The position numbers were made by a program, and so were the translations under genes. Under the pieces are notes generated by a model. It was not told the origin of the DNA. It saw nothing but the letters and a program-made list of their open reading frames with translations, and did not search any database. Positions 1-9,500 of a stretch of 64,000 bases of DNA are shown piece by piece. Source of the stretch: Bdellovibrionales bacterium (GTDB lineage Bacteria; Bdellovibrionota; Bdellovibrionia; Bdellovibrionales; JAGQZY01); assembly GCA_965218815.1 (NCBI GenBank), contig CBDCLX010000002.1, positions 217,074-281,073 on the forward strand, read 5' to 3'. The number at the start of each line of letters is the position of its first letter. Within the stretch, counting starts at the first letter, position 1.

Positions 1-1279
1 GATAATTCGCTTTGATTTGTTCTGAGCATTCCTGAACATCTTCTCCAATAGAAGGTAATCTCTTGTCCTTTTGTTCTTTGAGGTTGATTTCAGCACGTTT
101 TTTGTTTTGATCCAGGGTTTGATCGCCCCCTATGGATGGGTCTACTTTGTTCATTGCTTCAATTTCATTTTCTAGGTTTTTAATTTTGTCATCAAACTTT
201 GATATTTCTTTACGTTTTTTACCCATACATTCTCCAAATTTTGTATTGTTTGATCTTTTCGTATATTTTTTAACTTCAGAGCGTTGTAGAAAATCATTGC
301 CTGGACTGACATTACAGACACCCATAACCTTGGGATTTCCAGCGTTTGTTTTATCGGGACAGACTCTTTTGGTCAGTTTCCCCATATCCCTCCAGAATTT
401 ATTGTTATAGGCTCCTGAAGGACGACTTCTTGATCCAGTTGCCATCCTTTCCCTTGCTTTGTCCCTTAAATTGATCATTTCCTTTTTAAGTTTTTCACAG
501 TTTCCGGTTTTTGGAATTTTTGCAGCGGTTGGTGCCGAGGCTGCCGAACAACCCTTTTTGGAAGTTTTACACAGAGCCTCCAGGGCCGCACGACAATACT
601 TTGTGGAACTTCTGCTGTTGCACCATGCCTGAACCCCCGCAGTGCTCTTTTCCATTTCTGAACTGAGTCTTGTGCAATAGGAACTTTTTGGACGTTCACT
701 GTTGCATTCGTTCAAAGTCCTTTTTAAAAGATCCATATTTCCCCTTTCCCGGCAATCTGGGGTGCTGTCCATTGAACAGGCAAGAACGGGTTTTTTGTTC
801 TCCTCTCTTCCGCTGCTTGCTGGTGGTGGAACCAAACCCAAATAGGGGGCACAGGGCCTTCGGTCTCCCGGACAACCGGAATCGGGGTCACAAGTTTCCC
901 CTGCCGGACAAATAGGTTTGAGTTCTCCATAATCCTGCTCTTTAAAAAAAGATAAAAAAGAAGTGTTCCGCATATAACCATTGCTGATGACTTCAGCAAA
1001 GGCCGGAGGAAGGAGGCTGTTTATAAGAGGATGATTGAAGGCGTATTTCCCCCCTTCAATCTGGAGGGCCAGTTTGGCCATGGTTTCCAGATAAACAGAC
1101 TGTTGTCTGGAATTAAGATATGAAAACCAGGTTGCATCGTAAGTGAAAGAGTAAACCTGTTTTTGTGCTTTTTTACTCTGTTTTGATCTTTTTCCTGTGA
1201 CTTTATGTGTTTGTGGTTTGGCTTCCACAAACGAGGCCATCAATACCAGGGACAGAAACAAAATCACTGATTTTTTCAT
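1..1279 (-). CDS. Secreted Cys-rich hypothetical protein, partial (runs off the left edge)
   Basis: Not in the ORF track because it has no stop in the window. I translated it by hand from the ATG at 1279 (GGAG SD upstream): MKKSVILFLSLVLMASFVEAKPQ... is a signal peptide. The frame stays open to position 1 (>=426 aa) with many spaced Cys. Track ORFs 475-1230 are off-frame shadows. Confidence 0.75.
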   Translation of the reverse strand, partial: MKKSVILFLSLVLMASFVEAKPQTHKVTGKRSKQSKKAQKQVYSFTYDATWFSYLNSRQQSVYLETMAKLALQIEGGKYAFNHPLINSLLPPAFAEVISNGYMRNTSFLSFFKEQDYGELKPICPAGETCDPDSGCPGDRRPCAPYLGLVPPPASSGREENKKPVLACSMDSTPDCRERGNMDLLKRTLNECNSERPKSSYCTRLSSEMEKSTAGVQAWCNSRSSTKYCRAALEALCKTSKKGCSAASAPTAAKIPKTGNCEKLKKEMINLRDKARERMATGSRSRPSGAYNNKFWRDMGKLTKRVCPDKTNAGNPKVMGVCNVSPGNDFLQRSEVKKYTKRSNNTKFGECMGKKRKEISKFDDKIKNLENEIEAMNKVDPSIGGDQTLDQNKKRAEINLKEQKDKRLPSIGEDVQECSEQIKANY

Positions 1280-1461
1280 AACAATACTCCTATTGTGAAT
1301 AAGGTTTACCAAGAAAGTTATCGTCAGAATGATTACAAAACTTCATAATAAAATGAAAATATGTTCTGATTGGCCGGACTTTACTCATCCAAAGTCCTGT
1401 TTTTGAAACTGATTTGCTAAATTATAGAGGGAACCGGCGTTGTTGCACATAGAAATTTTAG

Positions 1462-1528
1462 CCCGCATTTCTCATAAAGTTTCGTAGCGAGGCTGCCGAA
1501 CTCCTTGAAATTTAAAGAGAAATTCGGG
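1462..1528. mobile_element. IS1380-end MITE copy (67 bp)
   Basis: Starts cccgcatttctcataaa and ends agagaaattcggg, matching the IS1380 terminal inverted repeats at 15828/17147. Flanks are ttag/ttga. The internal tttcgtagcgaggctg is shared with the other copies. Confidence 0.7.
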
Positions 1529-1677
1529 TTGAAAGAGGATGAAAGGAAATGAGAAAAACCTGTTTGAGAGGCAGTGAGTCAAGAGGATTGGCTGTGTTTT
1601 TACTTGTCATGGGGACTGGTTGGGATAAAAGCTGGAAATTGCTCCTGGAAAAATGAGAACCTGGAGGGGGAGGAAGT

Positions 1678-2280
1678 ATGAAATCAATATTGTATATATT
1701 GGTAACTCTGTCGGCTTTTAGTATGGGTTGTGCACACAAAGGTGTTAGGCAGCAAACCGGAAAAATAAATAAGGGAAAAAAAGAACAACTCATAGTTCCA
1801 AATCCAGATGATTATACAGGAACCTGGAAAGTCGAGAAGGAAACTTATGGTTGTTTCCCAATCACAATTGAGAAGGGTCCTGCGAAGGACACCATAAAGA
1901 TAACAAGAAAATCAAGGGTAACATCAGTAAACATGGTATCAAAAGACTCTTCCTTTGACTCTCTCCCTCAGAACACAACTTATGATTATAAACACAAAAA
2001 GTATAAATTGTTTTCCTCTGCCCTGTATAAATTCATCCGTGGAAAAATTGTTTCTGCACATATCTGGTCTCCGGATACAAACGATTGGCTGGGGGTGGGT
2101 CTTCGTACCTGGACCCTTGATAAAGGGGTCTTAATCAAAAAGAAGGCCGGAATAACAATGCAAAAAAAATCCAATGATCATGATGATCCCGGAGAAAAAG
2201 CTGATAATGTTTTTAACCTTGATGGAGATGATGCCCTGATCCAATGGGAAGTCGAGTGCAAATATATCAAATCCGCTTAA
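1678..2280 (+). CDS. Hypothetical lipoprotein
   Basis: 200 aa with a hydrophobic N-terminus and lipobox-like SMGC. GGAGG SD upstream. Confidence 0.7.
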   Translation: MKSILYILVTLSAFSMGCAHKGVRQQTGKINKGKKEQLIVPNPDDYTGTWKVEKETYGCFPITIEKGPAKDTIKITRKSRVTSVNMVSKDSSFDSLPQNTTYDYKHKKYKLFSSALYKFIRGKIVSAHIWSPDTNDWLGVGLRTWTLDKGVLIKKKAGITMQKKSNDHDDPGEKADNVFNLDGDDALIQWEVECKYIKSA

Positions 2281-2430
2281 AAAAATTAAAGAAAATATTG
2301 AGAAGAGGACAAACACAGGAAGTTAATATCGACGAGCTCGTGGAGCGTATGGATGAAACGGAATCAGTAGTATCTTACGATCTATCACGATAAAAAAGTC
2401 AGCCCTGAAAAAGTCTATCTGATTTTTAAA

Positions 2431-3045
2431 TCACGGAGCCAGACGATAAACATCCCATGGGGACTCAAAAGTCTGACGGGTGAATTTGAGTCGATCATGG
2501 AGGCGAAACTTCCCGCTCTGCCAGAACTCAATGCTCAGAGGCTTTAACCGAAAGCCTCCCCAGTGGGGCGGACAGGGAATGTCTTTATTTTCAAATCTTT
2601 TTTCCATTTCCTTAAACCGCTCTTCAATTTCTTTTCGGTTTTTTATCTCCTGGCTCTGGGGGGAGGCCCAGGCTCCAATCTGGCTGCCCCGTGGACGGGT
2701 TTCAAAATAATCTTCTGACTCCTTAACCTCCATCTTTTCAACAAGACCCTGAACTCTCACCTGACGATGAAAGGGTTTTTCCCAGTGAAAACAAAGACCG
2801 GCTTCTGGGTTTTTTATTATCTCAGAAACTTTGGGGCTTTGATAATTTGTAAAAAAACAAAAACCCCTGTGATCAAAAATTTTAAGGAGAACCATCCGGC
2901 CTGAAGGCATTCCAGCACTATCCACCGAAGACAGAGTCATGGCTGAAGGTTCAAAGTTGTTATTTTCTTGAGCCAGTTCAAACCAGGTTTTAAACTCCAA
3001 CAAAGGATCCTGTCTGTTTGTTACAAAATCACTTTTATGTTCCAT
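2431..3045 (-). CDS. pdxH: Pyridoxamine 5'-phosphate oxidase
   Basis: Motifs PSGRMVLLK, FFTNYQSPK, RPRGSQIGAWASPQS, WGGFRL, IEFWQ, RLHDR. Confidence 0.95.
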   Translation of the reverse strand: MEHKSDFVTNRQDPLLEFKTWFELAQENNNFEPSAMTLSSVDSAGMPSGRMVLLKIFDHRGFCFFTNYQSPKVSEIIKNPEAGLCFHWEKPFHRQVRVQGLVEKMEVKESEDYFETRPRGSQIGAWASPQSQEIKNRKEIEERFKEMEKRFENKDIPCPPHWGGFRLKPLSIEFWQSGKFRLHDRLKFTRQTFESPWDVYRLAP

Positions 3046-3176
3046 ATTTATCCTTTGAGGTTCTATCTGAAATCTCGTGGAGTTTTCCTGATTCTTTAGT
3101 TTCTTTTATTGGATCTGGCAAGTAAATTGAAATGGTCAGCTCTGAAAAAGTCTCATCTGTCCAGTTAAAACGGGGG

Positions 3177-3668
3177 TCAAGAGCAACTGGAAAGTTTTTC
3201 CCATTTTTTTTGCCTGTCTTTGAGCAAATTCAAAAATGTTTTTCTTGGAATCAGTCGACCTCCAAATTGTTCAGTCACGTTTGTCACCATTTGAATATCC
3301 ATCCACTGATGTCCCCTGGATTTTAAAAATTCAACAAGATAAACCAGACAGGCTTTTGAAGCCTCCGATTTTTTAAAAAACAGACTCTCCCCACTAAAAA
3401 CACCTTTTATCAGAACTCCGTAGAGACCACCCACAAGCTCTCCCTCACACCAGGCTTCCACACTGAGAGCTTTCCCCCTGCGATGAAGCTCTTTATAAGA
3501 TTCTATCATTTCAGGCAGTATCCAGGTTTCTTCCTCACCTCCTCCCGGTACTTTGGCACAATTCTCAATAACCTTTCCGAATTCACGATTTAAAGTCAGT
3601 TCAAAAGTTTGTCTCTTCAAAACCTTTTGGGTGCTTTTTGGAACTTTAAATTCTTCAAAAAAAGAGAA
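3177..3668 (-). pseudogene. aat: Leucyl/phenylalanyl-tRNA-protein transferase, 5'-truncated
   Basis: Motifs SVEAWCEGELVGGLYGV, FSGESLF, ASKACL, MDIQMVT. The frame extends upstream only to about 3668 (EEFKVPKSTQKVLK), so the N-terminal part is absent. Confidence 0.85.
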
Positions 3669-3671
3669 AAC

Positions 3672-4107
3672 ATTTGTTTACCTGAAAATGAGGAATTTAT
3701 TGAAAAGGCTTTAAGCGTTTTTAAGGAAAAGATGGAAACACCCAATGATGCCATAAAAACTTCTTGCTCCCATAGATGATGCTTTTTTTAAAATCAGTGA
3801 AGAGGCCAGGCTGGTTTTACAGTGGGAGACAAGTCCCGGGGTGTTGTCAGCCTGGAAGTTTCAGGTGGAAAACATGAATTCGCAGTTTATGACAAAAGAG
3901 GAGTTTATCAGTATTCAGGATCAGATTAAACAACAGGCTTCTGTGAAAGGGAAACAGTTATTCATGCCCATCCGTGTGGCTGTGATTGGTCAACCTCATG
4001 GAACTGACCTCCAGTCACTGGTTCCACTCATTTCAGGAAAATCCCTTCTGGAACGGGTTCAGAAGGTGATTCATTACAGTGAGACTTTTCTGGAAGAATC
4101 TGAATAA
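3672..4107 (+). pseudogene. gltX: Glutamyl-tRNA synthetase, C-terminal anticodon-binding fragment only
   Basis: VKGKQLFMPIRVAVIGQPHGTDLQSLVPLI is the typical GluRS C-terminus. The HIGH/KMSKS catalytic domain is absent, and there is a frameshift near 3770. Confidence 0.75.
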
Positions 4108-4361
4108 AAGAAAAGGACAATACAGGGTAACAAATAAAAGAAAGAGTGTCCTGATTTTTTAAAAACAAGATATGTAATTTTTACAAGATTTTTGTTTTTT
4201 GTTGATCTTAATTTTATTTTAAGTATACTGATTTTATTTTAATTTTCATGGAATTTTTTGTGGAGATTATTTATCATAGACAGAATTTAGTTCAGTATAA
4301 AATAAAAAATCTTTAGTCTATTGAGGTTAAAAAAGAATACATCAACCTGGTAAGTATTTTT

Positions 4362-5375
4362 ATGAAAGACATTAAAGCATTTCTTATATTCTTGTTTGTT
4401 TTTGGAATTGTTCATTTTCCATCACTGTTGTTGGCTAATCTGAAAATCCATAGTCTGATTGATGTTATTTCTCCAACAGCCTGGGAGTTGAGGAAGACAC
4501 GCAGGATTTTTAGAGAGCTGGGCTATGATCCCGAATATTTAAGTAGAGAAGCTCCGGAACTCGATATCAATGAGTTGGCCATTGCGGTCAACGATCCGGC
4601 TCTAATTCTTACTATGAATAGAGTAGCCGGTCATCATGCTGGATCTTTTGAAGACATAAAAGACTGGGATCTATATGAGGAATTTTTCTATGCTATTTTC
4701 GATCCTCGGAAAAAGAGGCAGGCGGACTCTCTTTTTGATGTCCTTAAAAAGGATGTTGACAATTATATTAATGCTGCAGAAGAGGGCAAAAAGACCGGAG
4801 CTGGTCCTGATTTTGATTTTTTTAAAGAAACTGAAGATTTAAAAAAGAATAGAAGTACCATAGTGATTGAACAGTGGGTCAATGAGACAAGGCAAGTGGA
4901 AGAGGGATTGTCAGAATATTCGGCACAATTTAACCTGTTCGATTTTGTCGCTGTTGTGGTGGGTCGTTTTGACCGGATTGTCCGGAGTGCGTCTGTGACT
5001 GATGCTCCTCAGTTATTGAGAAGGTATTTGTTCAGGGTTGGTGGGGAAGGAACAATTGATGAAAAAATTTTCGCAGTATTCTCAAGTCTATCTTACCGTC
5101 CTACGAGAGGGGATACTCATGATTTTTTGGTGTCCAGAGTCCTGCAAAATGAAGAAGCCTTGAATGATGCACAGGTTCTTTTAAAAATCTGGAAACATCC
5201 CGGGACAAAAAGAAAAGAAACCAGAACGCAGTTGGGGGAAGCCATCATTGAGAAAAAACGAAATCTGAACTCAGAAAGTGATTTGGCTGAGAACAAGTTA
5301 TTTTTTGAAGCCTTATTTGTTGCCGCCAGAGAGAGTGATGGGTTTTCCCGTTTCCTCACTACTCTTTATAACTAG
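4362..5375 (+). CDS. Secreted hypothetical protein
   Basis: 337-aa ORF with an N-terminal signal-like segment. No recognisable family. Confidence 0.65.
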   Translation: MKDIKAFLIFLFVFGIVHFPSLLLANLKIHSLIDVISPTAWELRKTRRIFRELGYDPEYLSREAPELDINELAIAVNDPALILTMNRVAGHHAGSFEDIKDWDLYEEFFYAIFDPRKKRQADSLFDVLKKDVDNYINAAEEGKKTGAGPDFDFFKETEDLKKNRSTIVIEQWVNETRQVEEGLSEYSAQFNLFDFVAVVVGRFDRIVRSASVTDAPQLLRRYLFRVGGEGTIDEKIFAVFSSLSYRPTRGDTHDFLVSRVLQNEEALNDAQVLLKIWKHPGTKRKETRTQLGEAIIEKKRNLNSESDLAENKLFFEALFVAARESDGFSRFLTTLYN

Positions 5376-5559
5376 TCGTACAAATATGGTTTCAGATTCA
5401 GGGGAAAAAGGGGGATCAACCCAAAGGGCCTAAAGAAAGGTTTTTTTTAAGCCTCTTCACCTATAAGAGAAAATCCTTTCATCCCTTTTAAATCATTGGC
5501 ATTTGAAGGATTCATCATCACTATGCTGCCGTCATAGGGACAAGGAGACAAAAACCCCG

Positions 5560-6402
5560 TAATCACTGGTCAGGTTTCTTGAAAAACGGGAATTTTTAAT
5601 GGGTATTGGAACTTCAAAAGATGAGGCTGAAACCAGTATACGGAAAGTGAATTATGTCATTGTCTTCACTTTTTTCAGTTTTTTCCTCTTTTTAACGGTA
5701 TTCAGTTTTTATTTTGTGCGTGAGGTGATCCGGCCCATTGAATCTCTCATAAAGGCATCAAAGGAGTTGAAGGAAAAAAGAAAGGCCTCCTTCATCCCCA
5801 ATCACAGTCAAACGGAAATTGCTGAACTGATTGCTTTTAATGAAATGAGTGGCCAGATCATTGAGTCTGATAAGAAAATGCAAAAACAACTGGAACTTCT
5901 GGAACAGGCCAACAGAAAAATCAAAAACACCCAGGGCCAGCTGGTTCAGTCGGCCAAACTGGCCGGTTTGGGAGAGTTGGTGGCGGGGATCGCCCATGAA
6001 CTCAACAATCCCATTGGTTTTATTTACTCAAATATCAGTCATCTGAGAAATTATATGGAATCTCTTTTTGCGATTGTTGATAAAAGTCATGAATCAAAAA
6101 CAGATATACAGACTTTTATGGAGAAAAATGATTATCCCTACATTAAGGAGGATCTTCCAAAGTTAAAGGCTTTTGAGGAAGGGTCCAAAAGGGCAAAGGA
6201 TATTGTGCTGGGACTTGGAAGTTTTTCCCGCTCAGACAAAGATCAGACAAGTGACTTTGATGTGAACAGTGGACTTGAAAGTACTTTGGGATTGCTCAAG
6301 GGAGTTTTTAAAAACAAAATCACGATCCACAAAAACTATACTGAAGTTCCAAAAATCAGATGCAATATCAATCACCTCAGGTTCCTCTCATGGAAGCAAT
6401 GA
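5560..6402 (+). pseudogene. Sensor histidine kinase fragment (TM-HAMP-HisKA, truncated in HATPase)
   Basis: TM helix, HAMP-like RPIESL..., H-box GELVAGIAHELNNPIGF. Homology breaks at CNINHL (about 6375), before the N/G boxes. The N-terminus is frameshifted or missing. Confidence 0.8.
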
Positions 6403-6571
6403 TTTTGAGTTTGCCCTTCTCATATTGGGATTGTTTATTTTTTCTATGAAAATCACAAAAGATAAATAGTCCTTTAAAAAAGTTGTTATTTTTTAAAAAA
6501 TGTCATATCATATAATCTTTTGAAACTTTAATTAAACACAAGCTGTCTAAAGGTTCTAAAAGGAAATCTTT

Positions 6572-9500
6572 TTGTCTCAATCTGATAAAACCATTATAAG
6601 TCCTATAGCCATTGACCTTGGTGCCAAAAACACAGGCGTTTACTTTGCCCATTATAAAGCTGGCAGTCCTCTGAAAGAGATAGAAAAAGAGGGCAAAGTC
6701 TATCAGCTTGAAAAAAACAAATACACCTTATTAATGGTAAACAGAACGGCAAAACGCCATCAGAGACGTGGCTTTGACCGCAGACAGATGGCCAAGCGGC
6801 TTTTCAAACTGATCTGGGAAAAGCACTTTGGATTTAAGTGGGATAAGGACGTACAGCAAACCATTAGTTTTCTAATGAACCGCCGGGGTTTTACTTTCCT
6901 GACGGAGCAATATGATACTGAAATACTGAGTCGGTTCCCAAAAGAAGTCCATGATCTTTTACCAGACGAAATAAAGAAAAAAGTTCAAGAATACGAAGAA
7001 AACGATGCCTATAATTTTGATAGTGCCCTGAAAGATTGGGCCAAAAAAGACGAAGTAAAATCCATACTTAAGGCACTCAAGATAAGAGAAAACAGTGAGG
7101 AAACGGAACTGAAAAAATTAATTTTGGATTTTAAGACAGAAAGTTTTAAACTCGAAAATAAAAATTTCAAAACTCCAGAGCAACCTGAAGAAAATGCTCA
7201 AAATGAAGAAAAAAAGGATTATAAAAAAGATGTTTTTAAATGGAAACAACTTCACCTTCAACATCTTGTCTTTGCAATTTATAAAACCCATGACGAACTT
7301 GAATCAGGTGGTCGTCATCGTAGTAAATATTTTAAGGAAGTTGAGGATGTGTTAAACTGTGATAATCATAATCATGGCTATTTAAGGAGATTTTGTAAAA
7401 AACTTGACTCACAAAACTTCAACTTTAAGGGTTCTATCATTGAAGTGAAAACATTATCTCACTTAATCAGCCATATTAGCAATCTTGAACTGAAACCTTT
7501 ACGAAAATATTTTAATGATGAAAAACACAAAAAAGATGATTACTGGCATGAAAATCGCTTAAGGAAGATATTTGAACGCTGGATATTACATCAGTGGCGG
7601 GTGGATCCAGAAAAAAATAAAGACAAAGCCGAAGATAAAGATGGAGATTATAGAAAACTTTGTGAAGATTGGAAGAGCCACGAAGGTGAACTTGTAGATT
7701 TTTGGCTGAAAACAAATCCACTTTTTACTATTCCTCCCTACCAGAATAATAACAACCGACGACCTCCCAAGTGCCAGAGTCTCATCCTGAATGTTAAATT
7801 TTTAAACAGAATTTATCCTAAATGGCGGGATTGGTTGGAGGAGTTAAAAAAACTGGACTCAATCAAATTCTACCTTGGATTGATTGAAAATCAGGAATTA
7901 TTACAAAAGGAAGAAGAACAAAAAACCAATACAACAAAAAAGGATCAATACTACAAGTATGAAAAAGAACTCAAAGAACCTAAAAGTGGTAAAGGTAAGT
8001 CTTACTTTAATGATGAGGAAGATAGTTCTCTAAAAAGCAAAAACAAACGACGAACCAACTTTAGTCAGAGAGATCAAACAGATCTTGAAACCCGTACTCT
8101 TCAGTTTATTTTTGATCGAGTCAAGGACAATGACCTACTTAAACTCAATGAGATATACAGCCATGCAAAAAAAATCAAACAATTAAAGAGAGACTGGAAA
8201 GTTTCTCAACAATTTGCACAAATTTATGATGAGGATACAAGAAAAGCAAAAGAAGAACTGGATAAAGTCAGAACAACACTTGAAGAAACTCTTGAAGAAA
8301 GTAAATTGTCAGAGAATTTAAAAATAGGATATAATTTTAACAATGATGGTCTTTTTCCCGACGGCTCATTTCTCCATTTGATCTGCAAATATTATAAATT
8401 AAGAAAAAGAGCCAAAGAGGGTCGACTGTTTATTCATCCAGAGTACAGATACAAAGGTAAGAGTCGTGGTTACGAAAATACAGGACGTTTTGATGATAAA
8501 AACCATTTGCTCACTTATTGCAATCACAAACCAAGACAAAAGCGTTATCAAATGTTTTGGGATTTAGCGGGTTTGTTTCAGGTTTCATCTAAAACACTAA
8601 AAGAATTTATTGAAGAAAAAGATGGAAATACAACAGATGAGAAATTATTTAACTGGTTGAAAGACTTCAATGGTTTAAAAAGCAATTGTGAAAAAGCAGC
8701 AAAAGAACAAAAAGACCGTCGAGGCAGTTTAAAATCAGATATTCAAAGTGTTTTTAATTTGATTTCTTATAAAAAGAAAAGGTCATCCCATGACAAAGAA
8801 CTTAAAGACTCAGAAATCAAAATAATTTTAGAAAATTCAAAAGTGAAAGAGGCTTTTAAACTTTATAAGTTCTGCAACAAAGCTAAAAGATTAGCCCTAC
8901 AGATTACAGAAAATTTATATGATAGTTGTTCAAGACAGAAAAAGTGGAAGGAGAGTTTAGATAAAAACCCAGCCACTGCTGTGTTCTTCCTTGCTCAGAT
9001 CAATAATCTTGTTTTTAAAGAACGTAATGGCAATGCTAAGACTTGTCCTGTGTGCAGTGCTGATAATGCCCACCGTATGCAACAAGATGAGAAAGAAACC
9101 AGCACAAAAGCCCAACGTCTTTCTGCTATCAGTACACGTATTATTGACGGAGCGGTTATGAAAATGGCAAGGATTGTGAGTGGAGCTATTGCCAATGATA
9201 AATGGGAAAAAATTAAAGGGGAACTGGGAAAAGGTAACAAGGTTTGTATTCCCATTATCACGGAATCCAACCGTTTTGAATTTGAACCAAATTTGAAAGA
9301 TCTGAAAGGAAAAAAGAGCAATAGAAATGATAAGACATCAGAAAATATTTTTTCTGAGAAAAAAGACCGCATCAGACAGGCTGGCAATGGCATTTCTCCT
9401 TATTCAGGAGATCCAGTGGGAGATCAAGGAGACCTGGATCACATTATCCCCAGATCCCACAGAATATGGGGAACACTTAATGATGAGGCAAACCTTATTT

